Source: Dehalococcoidia bacterium
GTDB taxonomy: Bacteria > Chloroflexota > Dehalococcoidia > SZUA-161 > SpSt-899
Assembly (NCBI GenBank): GCA_046498265.1
Contig: JAWOBB010000044.1
Location: 32,664-96,663 of the forward strand
DNA: 64,000 bases
Reading direction: 5' to 3'
Part shown: piece after piece, positions 42,269 to 51,154 of the stretch
How positions within the stretch are numbered: the first letter of the stretch is position 1
How the letters are laid out: each line of letters starts with the position of its first letter
Program-made: the position numbers and the translations under genes
Notes under the pieces: generated by a model
What the model was told of the DNA's origin: nothing
Seen by the model: only the letters and a program-made list of their open reading frames with translations
Database searches by the model: none

Positions 42269-44308
42269 ATGCAGGATTTTAAAACTGAGGACATACGCAA
42301 TGTGATCTTGCTTTCCCACACAGGCGCAGGGAAAACTCAGCTTGCAGAAGCTATGTTGTATAACGCCAAAGTCATTACACGGCTTGGAAAAGTGGAGGAG
42401 GGAAATACTGTCACCGATTTTGAGCCCGAGGAAGTAAAACGGCAAAGCAGTACAAGCACAGCTCTGGCCCCTCTGGAGTGGAAGAACACCAAAATCAATA
42501 TTATAGATACACCCGGCTATTTTGATTTCGTGGGCGAGGTTAAATCGGCAATGAGAGCAGCTGACGGGGCCATTATCCCGATCTGTGCTGCTGCCGGAAT
42601 CGAAGTGGGTACGGAATTTTCCTGGCAATATGCTGAAGAAAACAACTTGCCGCGAATCATCTTTATTAACAAGATCGATCGCGAAAATGCTGATTTCGAT
42701 AAAGTAATGGGGGAAATCGAGGAAAAATTCGGGAACAAATGCGCCCCGATACAACTCCCGATCGGTTCGCAGGACGACTTCCGCGGAGTCATCGACCTGG
42801 TCACCGGCAAGCCCGTAGGTGATGCACCCGGCGATGCTATCTCGCAGGATGAAATCAAAAGCTACCGGGAAAAACTTATCGAAAGTGTGGCCGAAAGCGA
42901 TGACGACCTGGCCACAAAATACCTGGAGGGGGAAGAGATTGCCGAGGAAGAGATTAACAGGGCGCTTCTTGCCGGGACAAGCAACAACACGATTGTTCCT
43001 GTAATGGTAGGGAGTGCCCTCAAAAATAAAAACATCTCCGAATTGCTCGATGCTGTCTGCTATTACCTTCCTTCCCCAAAGGGTAAAGGTGAAGTTAAAG
43101 CGGGAGATAAATCCCTGCCCCCTGATGAAAACGCTCCAACTGCTGCGTTCGTGTTCAAGACTACTACCGATCCATATGTCGGGAAAATGACCTATCTGAG
43201 AGCGTTCAGTGGAAGCGTGGACAGCAACTCGACAATCTGGAACACAAACAAAGGTAAAGCAGAGAAGGTTGCCCAGCTTTTTACGGTGAGAGGGAAGACT
43301 CAGGAGCCAGCTTCCAGAATCATCGCCGGAGACATCGGCGTATTGACCAAGCTATCGGATACCAGCACAGGCGACACCCTTTCTTCCCAGGATAACCCCA
43401 TCCAGTTCGAGGGAATTGATTTTCCCGTTCCCACTCTGAGTTGTTCCGTAAATCCGAAGACCAAGGCAGATGTCGACAAAATGGGAACAGCCTTGAACAA
43501 GATTATTGAAGAAGACGCTTCACTTTTGTTTCACCGAGATCCCACCACCGCCGAGACCATACTTACCGGCTACGGGGAGGCACAACTGGACGTTACCGCT
43601 GAAAAGATGAAACGCAAATTCGGTCTTGAAACCGACCTTGCAACACCCAAAATTCCCTACAAAGAGACTATAACCGTCCCAACTAAGGCAGAATATAAAC
43701 ACAAAAAACAGACCGGGGGGCATGGGCAGTACGGACATGTACTCATAGACCTCCAGCCTCTTGAAAGGGGCCAGGGATACGAATTTGAACAAAGTATTGT
43801 CGGCGGGGCGATACCTAAAAATTATATACCGGCTGTTGAAAAGGGCATCGCAGAAGCGCTTAATGAAGGATTACTGGCCGGCTATCCTGTCACGGACCTG
43901 AAAGTTATCCTCTATGATGGAAGTTATCACGACGTAGACTCTTCGGATATGTCCTTCAAAATGGCCGGTTTACATGCGCTCAAAAAGGGGGTGAACGACG
44001 CTAACCCTGTCCTACTGGAACCCATCATGAATGTAACCATAACCATTCCCGACGCTTTTACCGGAGACGTCATGGGTGATTTAAACAGCAGGCGGGCCCG
44101 CATTTCAGGTATGAATCCTGCAAATGGCATCACCGTCATTACGGCTCAGGCTCCGCTTTCAGAAATGCAACGCTACAGCATCGATCTACGTTCAATGACC
44201 CAGGGGCGCGGCAGTTATGTAAACGAGTTCAGCCATTATGAAGAAGTCCCCCAGCACCTTGCCCAGAACATAATCGATAAAGCTGCCACGGAAAAGGGGA
44301 AAACTTAA
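42269..44308 (+). CDS. elongation factor G paralog (EF-G2-like translational GTPase)
   Basis: LLSHTGAGKTQL and DTPGYFDF G-motifs with full EF-G domain architecture. It is divergent from the fusA copy at 12018. Confidence 0.85.
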   Translation: MQDFKTEDIRNVILLSHTGAGKTQLAEAMLYNAKVITRLGKVEEGNTVTDFEPEEVKRQSSTSTALAPLEWKNTKINIIDTPGYFDFVGEVKSAMRAADGAIIPICAAAGIEVGTEFSWQYAEENNLPRIIFINKIDRENADFDKVMGEIEEKFGNKCAPIQLPIGSQDDFRGVIDLVTGKPVGDAPGDAISQDEIKSYREKLIESVAESDDDLATKYLEGEEIAEEEINRALLAGTSNNTIVPVMVGSALKNKNISELLDAVCYYLPSPKGKGEVKAGDKSLPPDENAPTAAFVFKTTTDPYVGKMTYLRAFSGSVDSNSTIWNTNKGKAEKVAQLFTVRGKTQEPASRIIAGDIGVLTKLSDTSTGDTLSSQDNPIQFEGIDFPVPTLSCSVNPKTKADVDKMGTALNKIIEEDASLLFHRDPTTAETILTGYGEAQLDVTAEKMKRKFGLETDLATPKIPYKETITVPTKAEYKHKKQTGGHGQYGHVLIDLQPLERGQGYEFEQSIVGGAIPKNYIPAVEKGIAEALNEGLLAGYPVTDLKVILYDGSYHDVDSSDMSFKMAGLHALKKGVNDANPVLLEPIMNVTITIPDAFTGDVMGDLNSRRARISGMNPANGITVITAQAPLSEMQRYSIDLRSMTQGRGSYVNEFSHYEEVPQHLAQNIIDKAATEKGKT

Positions 44309-44362
44309 GCCCAAAAACCTGGCAACAGACAATAAGAATTTAATTCAACAGGATGAGGTAAA

Positions 44363-45049
44363 ATGGAAACTATTATTCAGGAAATCGAAGACAGAGCCGT
44401 CAGGGGTAAAAAGGTTAAAGCATTGCGGCGTGCCGGGATTACTCCGGCCAATATATATGGCCATGGCATTGAATCACGAGCAGTGCAGGCTAACACAGAC
44501 GCCCTCGAAAAAACGCTGGCTAAGGCAGGATACACTCAATTGATAACCTTAAAGAACCCCGCTGACAAAGATCGACGGGTTCTTCTGAAAGACCTGCAGA
44601 GAGATATTTTGTCAAGCCAGTTGCTGCACGTTGACTTCCATCAGGTAAAGCTTACCGATAAAGTCAAAGTGTCAATTCCCATCATCTTTGAAGGTGAAGC
44701 CAAGGCATCCCGCCGAAATGACCTGAATGTGCTTGAGTATCTCAATTCCATAGATGTGGAATGCCTGCCCACGGAGATACCGGAGAATATCACTGTCAAT
44801 ATAAGCGAACTGGCAGAAGCGGGAGACCGCTTACTCGTCAGTGACCTGACACTGGATGACAGAATATCCGTGTCGACGCATCAAGATGACATACTTATTG
44901 CAGTATCACAGGCCAAGATGGAAGCTGAAGTTGAAGAAATTGAGGAAGTCGAAGCGGAAGAAGCTGTCGAGGAAGAGGCAGTAGCCGAAACAGAAGCCGA
45001 AGCCGAAAAACCAGCCGAAGCTGAAGCCGAGGAGCAAAGCGAGGAATAG
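44363..45049 (+). CDS. ctc: 50S ribosomal protein L25/general stress protein Ctc with acidic EA-rich C-terminal tail
   Basis: L25 N-terminal domain, then EAEVEEIEEVEAEEAVEEEAVAETEAEAEK... Confidence 0.8.
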   Translation: METIIQEIEDRAVRGKKVKALRRAGITPANIYGHGIESRAVQANTDALEKTLAKAGYTQLITLKNPADKDRRVLLKDLQRDILSSQLLHVDFHQVKLTDKVKVSIPIIFEGEAKASRRNDLNVLEYLNSIDVECLPTEIPENITVNISELAEAGDRLLVSDLTLDDRISVSTHQDDILIAVSQAKMEAEVEEIEEVEAEEAVEEEAVAETEAEAEKPAEAEAEEQSEE

Positions 45050-45081
45050 CAGGCACAAAGTAACCTTTCAGCAATATGGCA

Positions 45082-45114
45082 AAGGGGGAAATCTTGTTCC
45101 AAGATTTCCCCCTT
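45082..45114. terminator. bidirectional terminator between convergent ctc and the biotin-carrier gene
   Basis: 14-bp stem AAGGGGGAAATCTT/AAGATTTCCCCCTT with loop GTTCC. Confidence 0.65.
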
Positions 45115-45151
45115 TGAATTCCATTTTGATTGAATGCTGTCAATATCGCAT

Positions 45152-45379
45152 TTAAAATTCAATTACCGCCAGGGTCTCTCCTGTCTTGACTACCTGATCC
45201 GGTGCGAGATTTATCTCCGTCACAGTTCCGGAAACCGGTGCCAGGATGGGATTTTCCATCTTCATCGATTCAATCTCGCAAATACTGTCCCCTTCGTTAA
45301 TCTGACTTCCTGCACTCACATTAACCCTGACTACTTTGCCCGGTATCGGAGCAGGTACAATCTCTGTTGCCATTTTCAA
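45152..45379 (-). CDS. biotin/lipoyl-attachment domain protein (small biotin carboxyl carrier-like, 75 aa)
   Basis: EIESMKMENPI biotinyl-lysine motif; a single hybrid-barrel domain. Confidence 0.75.
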   Translation of the reverse strand: MKMATEIVPAPIPGKVVRVNVSAGSQINEGDSICEIESMKMENPILAPVSGTVTEINLAPDQVVKTGETLAVIEF

Positions 45380-45762
45380 ACTCCTTTCTCTATTAATGGC
45401 CCCTCAACCTCTGCCTACACAAATTTCCATTATATACTATCGGCTATACTTATTTCCAGCATTGCTATTGAATTCCGAAACGATCCTCGAGATATGGCAG
45501 GTTTTCCTGCTGTCGCATGGCTCCATATTTCTTACCCATTATCTCGAATACAAATAACGGGAAAGATCATCGCGGGGAGAATGCTAATGCGAAAATACCA
45601 TTTCATGCCAGACAACATGTCATACTTTTGGCACTAGCCAGGGACAAGTTGCGCACTTCCCGGCTTTCTATGTATAATCATGTAATGGTTATGACATGTA
45701 AAATCAGCAATCTGAAAAGGGTTTGAGCATAATTGCAACAATCTCTACAAAAAGGGAAAAAC

Positions 45763-46236
45763 ATGAACGAAAAGAAACGACCACACCTGGATGAAATCGA
45801 CCTTAAAATCATCAAGGAAATGGGAATTGACGGCAGACAATCGGTTTCAGAGCTTGCCAAAAAACTCGGCACCAGCAGAGCTACGGTGGGCAAGAAACTG
45901 CAGCGTCTTCTTGACGACCACATCCTCAGAGTGGCCGGAATCGTCCTCCCGGGAACGCTGGGATATCAAACCAACGCTATTATTGGAATCAATATTATCC
46001 CGAGCGAAATAGACAACGTGGCAGACACCCTTGTTTCAAATGAAAACGTGCACATGATGTTTATTTCAGCAGGCCGCCACGATATTATCATCTGGGCCCT
46101 GTTCCAAAAGCCGGAAGACCTGTCAAACTTCCTGCGGCACGAATTGGGCAAGATACCCGGTATTACTCATTCCGAAACCATGATCAATCTGGGGATCAAA
46201 AAACTCTCCATGTCCTATCTGGGAACTGAACCTTAA
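45763..46236 (+). CDS. Lrp/AsnC-family transcriptional regulator
   Basis: N-terminal HTH (LDEIDLKIIKEM...SVSELAKKLGTSRATV) plus a C-terminal RAM domain. The ORF is called from TTG 45733. Confidence 0.8.
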   Translation: MNEKKRPHLDEIDLKIIKEMGIDGRQSVSELAKKLGTSRATVGKKLQRLLDDHILRVAGIVLPGTLGYQTNAIIGINIIPSEIDNVADTLVSNENVHMMFISAGRHDIIIWALFQKPEDLSNFLRHELGKIPGITHSETMINLGIKKLSMSYLGTEP

Positions 46237-46306
46237 GATATCTTCCGGGCAGGCTTACCTGCTTAGCAAGCCAGAACGCCTTTAACCAGCGAACGGAGTG
46301 CCGGCA

Positions 46307-46657
46307 TCAAACCTGATGGGACTGATAGACAGTAATATCTTTGATGGGAAATCGATATGGATTGCCCTCCTGGTCAAAAACGGTAAGATACCGGTATTGT
46401 TCCCACACTTGCGGATCCAGCGAACAGTAAAAAGCAGCTCCGTCACCCGGTTGAATTGTCTGTTCACGTGGCGGGAAAAGATGACGGCATTCTAAAATAT
46501 CGTCCTCGTTTTCCAGTTTGAAATATCCGGGCACCGTAACCGGGCGATTTCCGTTGTTCAAAACATGCATCTCCAGGTTTTGATTATGCAAACTGGAACA
46601 TTTAAAAGACAGCACTTCCTCCATGTACGAGTTCATGATGATTTTCACGTTAAGCAT
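46307..46657 (-). CDS. hypothetical protein (116 aa)
   Basis: ORF only; no recognisable motif. Confidence 0.35.
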   Translation of the reverse strand: MLNVKIIMNSYMEEVLSFKCSSLHNQNLEMHVLNNGNRPVTVPGYFKLENEDDILECRHLFPPREQTIQPGDGAAFYCSLDPQVWEQYRYLTVFDQEGNPYRFPIKDITVYQSHQV

Positions 46658-46825
46658 TTGTCGGCCTCATCATCGAGCATCTCAAAACCTAACGATTAAA
46701 ACATAAATTATCAACTGCAATCCAAACTTACTGGAATCCTCTGGGACTCTGACCACATCAATTATACACTTTTGTAATACCAATCATGTGAAAGTAATAC
46801 CAGGAAGATCGCTTCAAAAAAGGGG

Positions 46826-46860
46826 GCAAAAAACAGGGACGCGTCGGCGACGCGTCCCTG
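46826..46860 (-). terminator. rho-independent terminator 3' of the thiolase operon
   Basis: On the minus strand, CAGGGACGCGTCgccGACGCGTCCCTG followed by TTTTTTG. Confidence 0.7.
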
Positions 46861-46881
46861 TTCGTTCAGATTAGCTTAGAA

Positions 46882-48084
46882 TCAGTCTATTCCTACGATT
46901 CCCACCGACACAACACCTTTGGCAGGCTCACCGCCGAGGTTGTGGGTCAATCCCAGACGGGCATTTTTCACCTGTCTTTCCTCAGGAACTCTCCCCAGAA
47001 GCTGCTCATATACAGCGTACATCATCCTGAGTCCGGATGCGCCGATGGGATGGCCAAAGCATTTCAGCCCGCCATCCACCTGGCAGGGAATCGTTCCATT
47101 CAAATCATAGAACCCACTCATTATATCGTCATAAGCACCTCCGGGCGGCGATATCTTGAGGTCCTCCATAAGGATCAATTCCGTGATGGAAAAACAATCA
47201 TGGACTTCCATAAGATTTATCTCTTCTCGCGGATTCTTTATCGCGGCTTCCTCATAAGCCCTGGCAGCAGCCGTCTGGGTGGTGAAAAGCCCGGAACCAT
47301 CCCAGGTGCTGTATAGTGTTTCCTCGCCACTGGCTACGGAAATTTGCAGGGCCTTGATCTTGACTAAGTCCTGGTTGGGCTTTAATGATTTGGCAATCTC
47401 GGGAGTTGTGACGATGGCCGCAGCAGCACCGTCGCTGACGCCACAGCAATCGAACAAGCCGAGAGGATAAGAGATGATCGGCGCATTTTTCACCTGCTCT
47501 TCCGTTATGGGGAATCGCAGGTGCGCCCTGGGGTTCATGACCCCGTTGGCATGGCTTTTGACGGAAATATGGGCCATGGCCTCCTTGACCTTATCCATCT
47601 CAACCCCGTATCTTTTGCAATAAGCGGTGGCCAGTTGCGCAAAGGTGGACGGCCCCGACCCGGTGTAACCGCCGATAGTTGTATAGACCCCACCTCCACC
47701 GGTGGGTAAACCGGCAAAACCGGTGTCTTTCAATTTCTCCACCCCCACGGCCAGCGCGATATCGCAGGCGCCCGCGGCTACAGCGTAAGAAGCAAACCTG
47801 AGCGCTTCCGTGGCGGTGGCACAGAAGTTCTCCGTCCTGGTAACCGGGATATGTTGAAGTTTCAGGACTTCGCTGTGGCCAACGGCGGCCTTGCCGATAT
47901 TCACCTCATCATAGCAGGTACCCACAAATGCTGAACCTATATCTTTCTTCTCGATGCCGGCATCTTCCAGGCACTCTACAAAGGCCTCGACCATCAGGTC
48001 CTCGGCGCCCTTGCCCCAGAGCTCACCGAATTGCGTACAGCCCATGCCTATTATGACTACTTTGTCCCTGATTCCGTCAGCCAT
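46882..48084 (-). CDS. thiolase-like protein (SCP-x/archaeal-type thiolase family)
   Basis: Start at MADGIRDKVVIIGMGCTQFGE (the ORF extends to 48135). The start codon lies 1 nt from the upstream gene stop. Confidence 0.8.
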   Translation of the reverse strand: MADGIRDKVVIIGMGCTQFGELWGKGAEDLMVEAFVECLEDAGIEKKDIGSAFVGTCYDEVNIGKAAVGHSEVLKLQHIPVTRTENFCATATEALRFASYAVAAGACDIALAVGVEKLKDTGFAGLPTGGGGVYTTIGGYTGSGPSTFAQLATAYCKRYGVEMDKVKEAMAHISVKSHANGVMNPRAHLRFPITEEQVKNAPIISYPLGLFDCCGVSDGAAAAIVTTPEIAKSLKPNQDLVKIKALQISVASGEETLYSTWDGSGLFTTQTAAARAYEEAAIKNPREEINLMEVHDCFSITELILMEDLKISPPGGAYDDIMSGFYDLNGTIPCQVDGGLKCFGHPIGASGLRMMYAVYEQLLGRVPEERQVKNARLGLTHNLGGEPAKGVVSVGIVGID

Positions 48085-48085
48085 C

Positions 48086-49543
48086 TTATTTTCCCTCCCA
48101 TGCAGGCGTTGCTTTCCAGAAGTACCCGATGACATTTCTTGCCCTGTCGTTATATTTTACCCGGAAAGTCATCGTCATAGCCTTCCCGACAGAAAGGTCC
48201 TCCAAGGCACAATCCGTGATTTCAAACATATTCCGTCCCCCACCTTCAAACTCGATCCTCCCGGTCAACATGGGAGGGTCAAGCGCAGCGGTAAGGTTAT
48301 CGCCAGTGAAGCTGATAATATGACCGGTCTTGTCAGCGAAGGGATACGGCTCCATCTGGTCCACAGCCCCGCATTCAGGATTGGCGCAGATTCTCTGGGG
48401 AGGCCACTGCGGAGCTCCACAAACCAGACACCGGCTACCCCACAGCCCGAGAATCTCCTTCCTCCTTCGCCAGAGAGCTGAAAGTGCGGTATAGTCGACT
48501 ATCTCGTTGCGCAGGCCGACATCGGCAGGCAGCAGGTTACGCCAGACCGCATACTTGGTATAGTTGCCCAGGTCCGCTTTTTTAGCCAGGTAACCCGAAA
48601 TACCCATACACTCTCTCTTCGTGTTGATGTTCTCCGTCACTTCGAAATAAAGGGCATCGGACCCGCTGCCATAACTCGCCAAGAGTATCTTGTCTCCCGG
48701 CCTGGCGCTTTCCAGCGCCTGAGCCAGCATAACCAGAGGTAAAGAGGTTCCCGAATCCCCTATTTCAGCCTGCAAATTGCTCTGCTCAACTTCAGGCTGG
48801 ATGCCCAGCTTTTTGTTTATGTCCCTCCGGGCTCCCCTGTTGTTACAGGGATAAATCACTCTGGCAAAATCAGAAATCTTCAACTGGCACTTATCCAGCA
48901 ATCCGTTAATGGCCTCAGGAATAAACTGGGAATATCCCTCATCTCGAATCCAGCGTTCTTCCCACTGGCGATCCAGAGTGGCATCATTGGCCCGCATATG
49001 GTCGGCAAAATCATAGGTAACCGAATAGGAATCCTTGAATTCGGCAATGACGTTATCATCCCCGACCAGAAAGGCGGCAGCAGCATCGCCGAAAATCATT
49101 TCCTGATTGGTGGCAGCCATTGCCAGCCGGCAGTCAGCCGAGGTAACCAGGATATTATTCACCTTTCTGGATTCCACACTTTCCAGGGCGGAAAGCAAAG
49201 CAGTGGTCCCCGCTTTAAGCCCTCCCCCGAAATCGGCGGCCCTCACCTGGTCCGGCACATTCAGCGCCGGGATTATGAGCCCGGCATTTAATCGCTCTTT
49301 GTGAGGCATGGTGGTCGAAGCGAAATACACCCCTTCCACCTTCGACTTATCCTCTCCTCTCAGCGCATCAATGCCGGCTGCCGCACCCATGGTAATGGAG
49401 TCTTCATCATAATTGGCCACCGCCTTTTCCCCCTGGGCATGAGCCATAATGGCCATATTCATCCAGGCCATAGCCTGAACGATAGCGCCCCGGTTCAGCC
49501 GGTATCGCGGAACATATCCCCCATATGAACATATTCCAGCCAT
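48086..49543 (-). CDS. HMG-CoA-synthase-like condensing enzyme fused to a C-terminal DUF35 (Zn-ribbon + OB-fold) domain
   Basis: ATG 49543 is preceded by AAGGAGG. The N-terminus MAGICSYGGYVPRYR is like archaeal HMGCS. The C-terminal 130 aa carry CLVCG...CANPECG zinc-ribbon Cys pairs typical of DUF35. The ORF track calls the start at TTG 49573. Confidence 0.75.
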   Translation of the reverse strand: MAGICSYGGYVPRYRLNRGAIVQAMAWMNMAIMAHAQGEKAVANYDEDSITMGAAAGIDALRGEDKSKVEGVYFASTTMPHKERLNAGLIIPALNVPDQVRAADFGGGLKAGTTALLSALESVESRKVNNILVTSADCRLAMAATNQEMIFGDAAAAFLVGDDNVIAEFKDSYSVTYDFADHMRANDATLDRQWEERWIRDEGYSQFIPEAINGLLDKCQLKISDFARVIYPCNNRGARRDINKKLGIQPEVEQSNLQAEIGDSGTSLPLVMLAQALESARPGDKILLASYGSGSDALYFEVTENINTKRECMGISGYLAKKADLGNYTKYAVWRNLLPADVGLRNEIVDYTALSALWRRRKEILGLWGSRCLVCGAPQWPPQRICANPECGAVDQMEPYPFADKTGHIISFTGDNLTAALDPPMLTGRIEFEGGGRNMFEITDCALEDLSVGKAMTMTFRVKYNDRARNVIGYFWKATPAWEGK

Positions 49544-49781
49544 AAATCCTCCTTTCAAATTAATGTCTGCCAATCGGCCGGTTTCATTCTCACAAGCTAA
49601 GATTTCATCTAATATATCCGCTTTTGCACAGCAGTGTTTTTGCCTGCCGCAGTGATTATATCACAATCCGACCTCAATGGACATATGCGCCATGACTCTG
49701 CGCATTTCAAGTTCAAATGGTTCATTTTTTCGGCTGCAACGTCTCACTTTTTAACCTTATCACGGGGACATTGTATTATTA

Positions 49782-49810
49782 TTGACATTCACACTCCGGC
49801 AAGGTAAAAT
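49782..49810 (+). promoter_or_regulatory. near-consensus sigma70 promoter (TTGACA-17-TAAAAT) driving the acyl-CoA dehydrogenase operon
   Basis: Read directly in the 414-bp divergent intergenic region. Confidence 0.5.
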
Positions 49811-49987
49811 TGCAACTGTTTGTGGCGAAGGTGGTTTTTATCCGTTTGCATCCCCGAATCGCCTATCATAATATAGGATTTGCCTGCACTAACAAGAAGG
49901 GATATCTTAAAAAAGCAGGCTCAATCAGGTGAATGGATTCCTTAACAGATTGGTCGAGCGATTACAAATTACCCTCGGAGGAAAAAT

Positions 49988-51121
49988 ATGGATCTTGAGC
50001 TAACCGAAGAACAGCAACTCCTGAAAAACTCGGCACGCGATTTTTTCGAAAGGGAACTCCCTAAGGAAAAAGTCAAGGAAATCGAATTCGACCCTCTCGG
50101 GTACAGTCCTGAGCTATGGAAAAAGATGGCCGAGCTGGGCTGGTGCGGTCTAACCATTCCGGAAAAATATGGCGGGGCCGAATTCGGCCTGATGGAACTG
50201 GTGATGCTCCTGGACGAAATGGGCAAAGCGGCATTGCCAAGCCCGTATTTTTCGAGCACCGTCCTTTGCGCCCCACTCATCAACATGGCAGGCAGCGAAG
50301 AACAGAAATCGGAATTACTGCCCAGAATTGCCAGCGGAGAATCGATTTTCGCCTTCGCCCTCACTGAAACCACGGCCACCTATGAGCCCGATGGAATTGA
50401 AACCAGAGCCACCGTGGAGAATGATTCATATATTCTGAACGGCACCAAGTTATTTATTCACGACGCCCATTGCGCCGATTACATCATTTGCGCAGCCAGA
50501 ACCAGAGTCTGGACCACCCCGGAAGAAGGAATCAGCATTTTCCTGGTTGACCCGAAGAGCCCGGGAATTACCATCACCCCGCTTCAAACCATCGCCAACG
50601 ACCACCAGAACGAAATCACATTCGATAATGTTTCCGTTCCCGCCGCTAACCTGATCGGTGAGCTTGATCAGGGCTGGCCGACCATCAAGAAAGTCCTCGA
50701 CCAGGCTATTGTAGCAAAGTGCGCCGAGATGATAGGCGGCTGCGACTGGGCAGTTGAGGCATCAGTCGAATATGCCAAAGAGAGGGTTCAATACGGACAC
50801 CCAATTGGCGCTTACGGAATTATTCAGCATTACCTGGCTGATATGTGGATGGAATGCAGCATGGGCCGAAGGCTGACCTATTATGCAGCATGGGCACTAC
50901 AGGAAGGAGAAAACCCGGACCTGATATTACCTGCCACCAAGAGATGGGTAAACGAGTCCTTCAAGCATTGTACCCGAATGGGAGTGCAAATACACGGCGG
51001 CATAGCCACTACCATGGATCATGACATGGGGATTTACTACAGGAGAGCCAGGCAGGCAGCCCTCCTTTTTGGAGACACCGAAATCAGCCTCCAGAAAGTG
51101 GCCGGGCAACTGGGGCTCTAA
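49988..51121 (+). CDS. acyl-CoA dehydrogenase family protein (subunit 1 of probable two-gene pair)
   Basis: ACAD three-domain fold, 377 aa. The C-terminal motif LFGDTEIS has Gly where MCAD has catalytic Glu (YEG). Confidence 0.8.
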   Translation: MDLELTEEQQLLKNSARDFFERELPKEKVKEIEFDPLGYSPELWKKMAELGWCGLTIPEKYGGAEFGLMELVMLLDEMGKAALPSPYFSSTVLCAPLINMAGSEEQKSELLPRIASGESIFAFALTETTATYEPDGIETRATVENDSYILNGTKLFIHDAHCADYIICAARTRVWTTPEEGISIFLVDPKSPGITITPLQTIANDHQNEITFDNVSVPAANLIGELDQGWPTIKKVLDQAIVAKCAEMIGGCDWAVEASVEYAKERVQYGHPIGAYGIIQHYLADMWMECSMGRRLTYYAAWALQEGENPDLILPATKRWVNESFKHCTRMGVQIHGGIATTMDHDMGIYYRRARQAALLFGDTEISLQKVAGQLGL

Positions 51122-51154
51122 TATACTGGCATTACAGCTGATGGAGGCACTACA

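Noticed and set aside
46882-49543. The thiolase/HMGCS-like pair read as an ordinary mevalonate-pathway operon.
   Set aside because: No HMG-CoA reductase, mevalonate kinase or decarboxylase is adjacent, and the context is catabolic. A biosynthetic role cannot be excluded without the rest of the genome.
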